Assembly (NCBI GenBank): GCA_021650915.1 | Contig: CP091279.1 | Span: 3,000,001 to 3,032,000 of the forward strand | Direction: 5' to 3' | DNA: 32,000 nt | Source of the DNA: Candidatus Brocadia sp. | Lineage (GTDB): Bacteria; Planctomycetota; Brocadiia; Brocadiales; Brocadiaceae | Shown here: piece after piece, positions 29,145 through 32,000 of the stretch | Numbering within the stretch: the stretch's first letter is position 1 | How the letters are laid out: the number at the start of each line of letters is the position of its first letter | The notes under the pieces: model-generated | What the model saw: the letters and a program-made list of their open reading frames with translations, nothing else | Told to the model about the DNA's origin: nothing | Database searches by the model: none | Made by a program: the position numbers and the translations under genes

Positions 29145-29393
29145 AGGATAGCTGAAACCCGGGGTAAAGAAAGGGGGGATCAAATGTGGGGTTCAGAAGG
29201 AGCGCAGGAATAACAGAAGTACAGATATCGTGTTTGCGACTATGCATGGGCAATACTGAATGAAATCATTGGCAGGAAAACAGAAATCCCCGTAGACCCG
29301 GCAGAATGGGACAAACGGATAGCGGAAATCCTGAAGTAAAAAGGAGTAAAAAATTCCGGCAATAACGCACGTCATTTAAGAAAGCGGTGATTT

Positions 29394-31172
29394 ATGAAAA
29401 TTGCATTAGTAGGCGCGGAATTGGAAGAAAATCTTGGCCTCCGTTATATAGCCTCTACGTTAGAATCGAAGGGGCATGACGTGGAAATCGTTCCCTTTAA
29501 TTCAGAGCATGATATATCGGATGCAGTAAAGCGGGTAGTCACCTTTTCACCACAAATCACCGGCTTATCAATGATGTTCACAAGCCGGGCGCGGGAATTC
29601 TGCCGTCTGGCGCAGGCGCTGCGGGAAGGAGGTTACCAGAATCACATAACAGCCGGAGGGCCTTTCGCCTCGTTCAATTCAGAACAGATGCTCAAGGACT
29701 TTCCCGCATTTGATTCGGTCTGTCTGGGTGAAGGTGAACACATCGTTAGCATGCTGGCTGATTATCCGGAAGATCTGTCCAGGGTACATAGCCTTTGCTA
29801 CCGAAAGCCGGATGGGTCTATAAGAACCAACTTTTCCACAGGCAATCAGGATGATCTTGACACACTGCCGTTTCCCAAACGGATGACATTCCACGAATAT
29901 TTCGATAAGCCGATAGCAAGCATTCTTACCAGCCGGGGATGCTGGCGCAACTGCGCCTTTTGCAGCATCAACGCCTGGTATGAAAGGGGAGGCGGAAAGA
30001 AATTTCGCGTACGAAGCGTGGAGAGTATCGTGGCGGAGATGAAGGACCTTTACTTTCATCACGATGTCAGGATCTTTAATTTTCAGGATGACAACTTCTT
30101 TCTCCCAAAACCGGAACATGCGCTCCGCCGTTTCGAGGAGCTGAGAGATGGATTGAAACATGAGGGAATCGAAGGGATTGCTATTGCTGTGAAGGCGCGG
30201 CCCGATAGCATTACCTATGACTCGATCCGGGTGCTGGATGGGCTGGGGCTGTTTCGCGTATTCCTGGGAGTAGAGAATGCGCATGAGAACGGTTTACGCA
30301 ACTTGAACCGGAAATGTACCCTTGACCAGATCCTGAATGCACTGCGCATCCTCAATGACTTTGATGTGCATCTTGCCTATAATTTACTCATGTTCGAACC
30401 CGACACCGTTTTAGATGATATCCTGGTCAACTTACGCTTTATCGAACGGCATATCGAGAATCCCTTTAATTTTTGCCGCGCAGAGGCTTATCCCGGCACC
30501 GGGCTGGAAGTGAAACTCCGGGCCGAAGGCAGGCTGCTTGGTGATTATTTTGGATTCGATTACCGACTGAAAGACCCGCGATCCGAGGCGTTTCACCAAA
30601 TCGCTAATTACGCATTCTTTGACCGTAATTTCAGTGATTTCGGGCTGCACTACTTCAATATGCAGGTGGATTTCTATTACCAACTGCTGCGTCGGTTCCA
30701 TCCTGAAGTGCTGATGCAGACACTCCGTGCGGCTGTGCGTAATTTCATCAAACAGACCAACCTGGACACGTATGAGTGCCTTTGCCAAATCTATGATTTT
30801 GTGGCAACGGCAGATGCGAATGACCACGTCATGGTCCGTGGTTTTGCACGAGAGATGAGAGAACGCGTTGATGAAAGGAGCAGGGGCTTGCATTCCCAGG
30901 GTGAGCGTATCCTGCGCTGGTTGAGCGACAGGTATGATCGTCGCGGCAAGGATGTCGGAGTGAAAAGATTTATGTCAAATACCGGGGCGTTGTCCTTCCT
31001 GAACTGCAAACCGATGCCATATTCCAGCCGGGACAGTTTGGAAAAACTGGAATTTGTGACGTCAAAGGCTGAATGGATGGATGAGGCAGACCTGCTGGGC
31101 GTAGCGTCTTCGCCCATCCCTTACAACATATTTAAGAACCGATTTGCTGAACAAAAAGAAGAGAGGAGGTAA
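29394..31172 (+). CDS. B12-binding-domain radical SAM enzyme (class B rSAM) with a roughly 200-aa C-terminal extension of unknown function
   Basis: It has an N-terminal flavodoxin-like B12-binding domain (MKIALVGAELEENLGLRYIASTLESKGHDVEIV) and the radical SAM cluster motif SRGCWRNCAFCS (CxxxCxxC). Confidence 0.9.
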   Translation: MKIALVGAELEENLGLRYIASTLESKGHDVEIVPFNSEHDISDAVKRVVTFSPQITGLSMMFTSRAREFCRLAQALREGGYQNHITAGGPFASFNSEQMLKDFPAFDSVCLGEGEHIVSMLADYPEDLSRVHSLCYRKPDGSIRTNFSTGNQDDLDTLPFPKRMTFHEYFDKPIASILTSRGCWRNCAFCSINAWYERGGGKKFRVRSVESIVAEMKDLYFHHDVRIFNFQDDNFFLPKPEHALRRFEELRDGLKHEGIEGIAIAVKARPDSITYDSIRVLDGLGLFRVFLGVENAHENGLRNLNRKCTLDQILNALRILNDFDVHLAYNLLMFEPDTVLDDILVNLRFIERHIENPFNFCRAEAYPGTGLEVKLRAEGRLLGDYFGFDYRLKDPRSEAFHQIANYAFFDRNFSDFGLHYFNMQVDFYYQLLRRFHPEVLMQTLRAAVRNFIKQTNLDTYECLCQIYDFVATADANDHVMVRGFAREMRERVDERSRGLHSQGERILRWLSDRYDRRGKDVGVKRFMSNTGALSFLNCKPMPYSSRDSLEKLEFVTSKAEWMDEADLLGVASSPIPYNIFKNRFAEQKEERR

Positions 31173-31292
31173 AAAACTTGCAAAAGAAGACGCTTTTGCA
31201 GGTTCCTGCGAAAAACCAGAATCTTATAGTGAAAACGGGGGAAGACAGGTTTCCCTCACCTTTTACCTTACGCCATCATAAGGAGGTGCAAT

Positions 31293-32000
31293 ATGGACGG
31301 AAAGACTTTTGCTCGTATACGTGATTGGGTGGAACCGGCGCATCCGGCGGTCGTAAAATTGTATGATGATCTGATCGATATCTATACCCGGATTCGTGAG
31401 AGATATCAGAAGGAAATAGATAATGCATTTGACAGGATATCACGGCAGATTGGGTTTGTGGTAACTACCACGGTGCCGGTCGTGTTCGAAATAGGAGACA
31501 AGGGTGAATTTAAGCGTATGGGCATGGGGGCGGAGCATCTCAAAGATACGCTTTTTGATAAGGAGCTATCTAAAGTATTTGGACCACATCCAGACCCGTG
31601 GAAGGTCGCAGCGGGGAAATACAATCTGTACTTAGTCTGGTTCGATGCACTCCATTTGAAGCTACGGACGGACTGGATGGAGCCTGCGCATTTTTTCAGG
31701 GAAAGGTTTGCGGCGGACATTGCATCAGGACCCATGGCCGGGATCAGCAGTAGGGCATTAAAACAGGGGTGGGAATGGCAGGAACCAGCGCACTGGTTTG
31801 ACCCGGGAATAGCCATTGCGGTAGAAGAGTTGGTGCTGATCGAGGCGATCGACCGGGTATATCCCGAGCTGCGTCTTGTGGATCGGGTGGCCTTTGTCCG
31901 GGATGCCCTCCGGAAGCGAGTAAGGCCTGAAGTGATGGAACCGGCGCATTTCCACCGAGTTGAGAAAGGGATATGTCCGGAAGGTACTGAGGGGAACCGC
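31293..32000 (+). CDS. Protein of unknown function with four [DE][WV]xEPAH[FWP] motifs; 3' end lies outside the window
   Basis: This ORF is not in the ORF track because it runs off the window. AGGAGG (31281-31286) lies 6 nt before the ATG at 31293. There are 236 open codons to the window edge. EPAH occurs at residues 14, 130, 164 and 216, using different synonymous codons, so the conservation is at protein level. Confidence 0.6.
   Translation, partial: MDGKTFARIRDWVEPAHPAVVKLYDDLIDIYTRIRERYQKEIDNAFDRISRQIGFVVTTTVPVVFEIGDKGEFKRMGMGAEHLKDTLFDKELSKVFGPHPDPWKVAAGKYNLYLVWFDALHLKLRTDWMEPAHFFRERFAADIASGPMAGISSRALKQGWEWQEPAHWFDPGIAIAVEELVLIEAIDRVYPELRLVDRVAFVRDALRKRVRPEVMEPAHFHRVEKGICPEGTEGNR

Noticed and set aside
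29220-29339. A 39-codon open frame (YRYRVCDYAWAILNEIIGRKTEIPVDPAEWDKRIAEILK*) in the lipoprotein-rSAM spacer that reads like real protein
   Set aside because: There is no ATG, GTG or TTG start in frame after the upstream stop at 29211. It could be a gene remnant, but I cannot support it as a CDS.
29394-31172. Linking the B12-radical SAM enzyme (and the acyl-CoA ligase at 19093-20559) to ladderane lipid biosynthesis, as proposed for anammox bacteria
   Set aside because: No fab or acp genes, or other lipid genes, are adjacent. The taxonomic assignment is itself unverified, and the gene context (caspase, lipoprotein, repeat protein) points elsewhere.

Overview
This window looks like the neighbourhood of a chromosomal replication origin in a Gram-negative-type bacterium. 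My guess is an anammox planctomycete (Ca. Kuenenia/Brocadia-like), based on tandem FocA/NirC-type transporters, mreBCD-PBP2 and the style of the intergenic repeats. That guess cannot be verified without a database search.

Gene content, left to right:
- 3' part of a DcyD/ACC-deaminase-family gene
- mreB-mreC-mreD-mrdA (PBP2)
- rmlA-rmlC
- comM/yifB (minus strand)
- a small ScdA_N-domain gene, divergent from two tandem formate/nitrite transporter paralogs
- a small membrane protein followed by lpxB
- a visibly AT-richer accessory stretch (about 13.3-18.9 kb): a DUF433 antitoxin-like gene with a truncated partner, an IS110-family transposase, an acyltransferase-3 gene, a frameshifted SGNH hydrolase and an RmlD-like reductase
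- a minus-strand block: acyl-CoA synthetase, DksA-like, gyrB, DUF721 (DciA-like), dnaN, dnaA (no recF)
- a 0.9-kb repeat-rich spacer
- a plus-strand gene set led by a candidate c-di-GMP-I riboswitch: caspase-like protease, lipoprotein, B12-binding radical SAM enzyme, and a partial ORF with four copies of a [DE][WV]xEPAH motif

Most interesting observations:
- the riboswitch-led caspase / radical-SAM / EPAH-repeat locus
- a modular family of nested palindromic intergenic repeats, including two 112-nt copies with 2 mismatches in inverted orientation 26 kb apart
- the IS110 element, with a possible bridge-RNA leader
- the split AT3/SGNH O-acylation module, broken only at homopolymer runs

No rRNA, tRNA or CRISPR array was seen. 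ORF-track coordinates include the stop codon.
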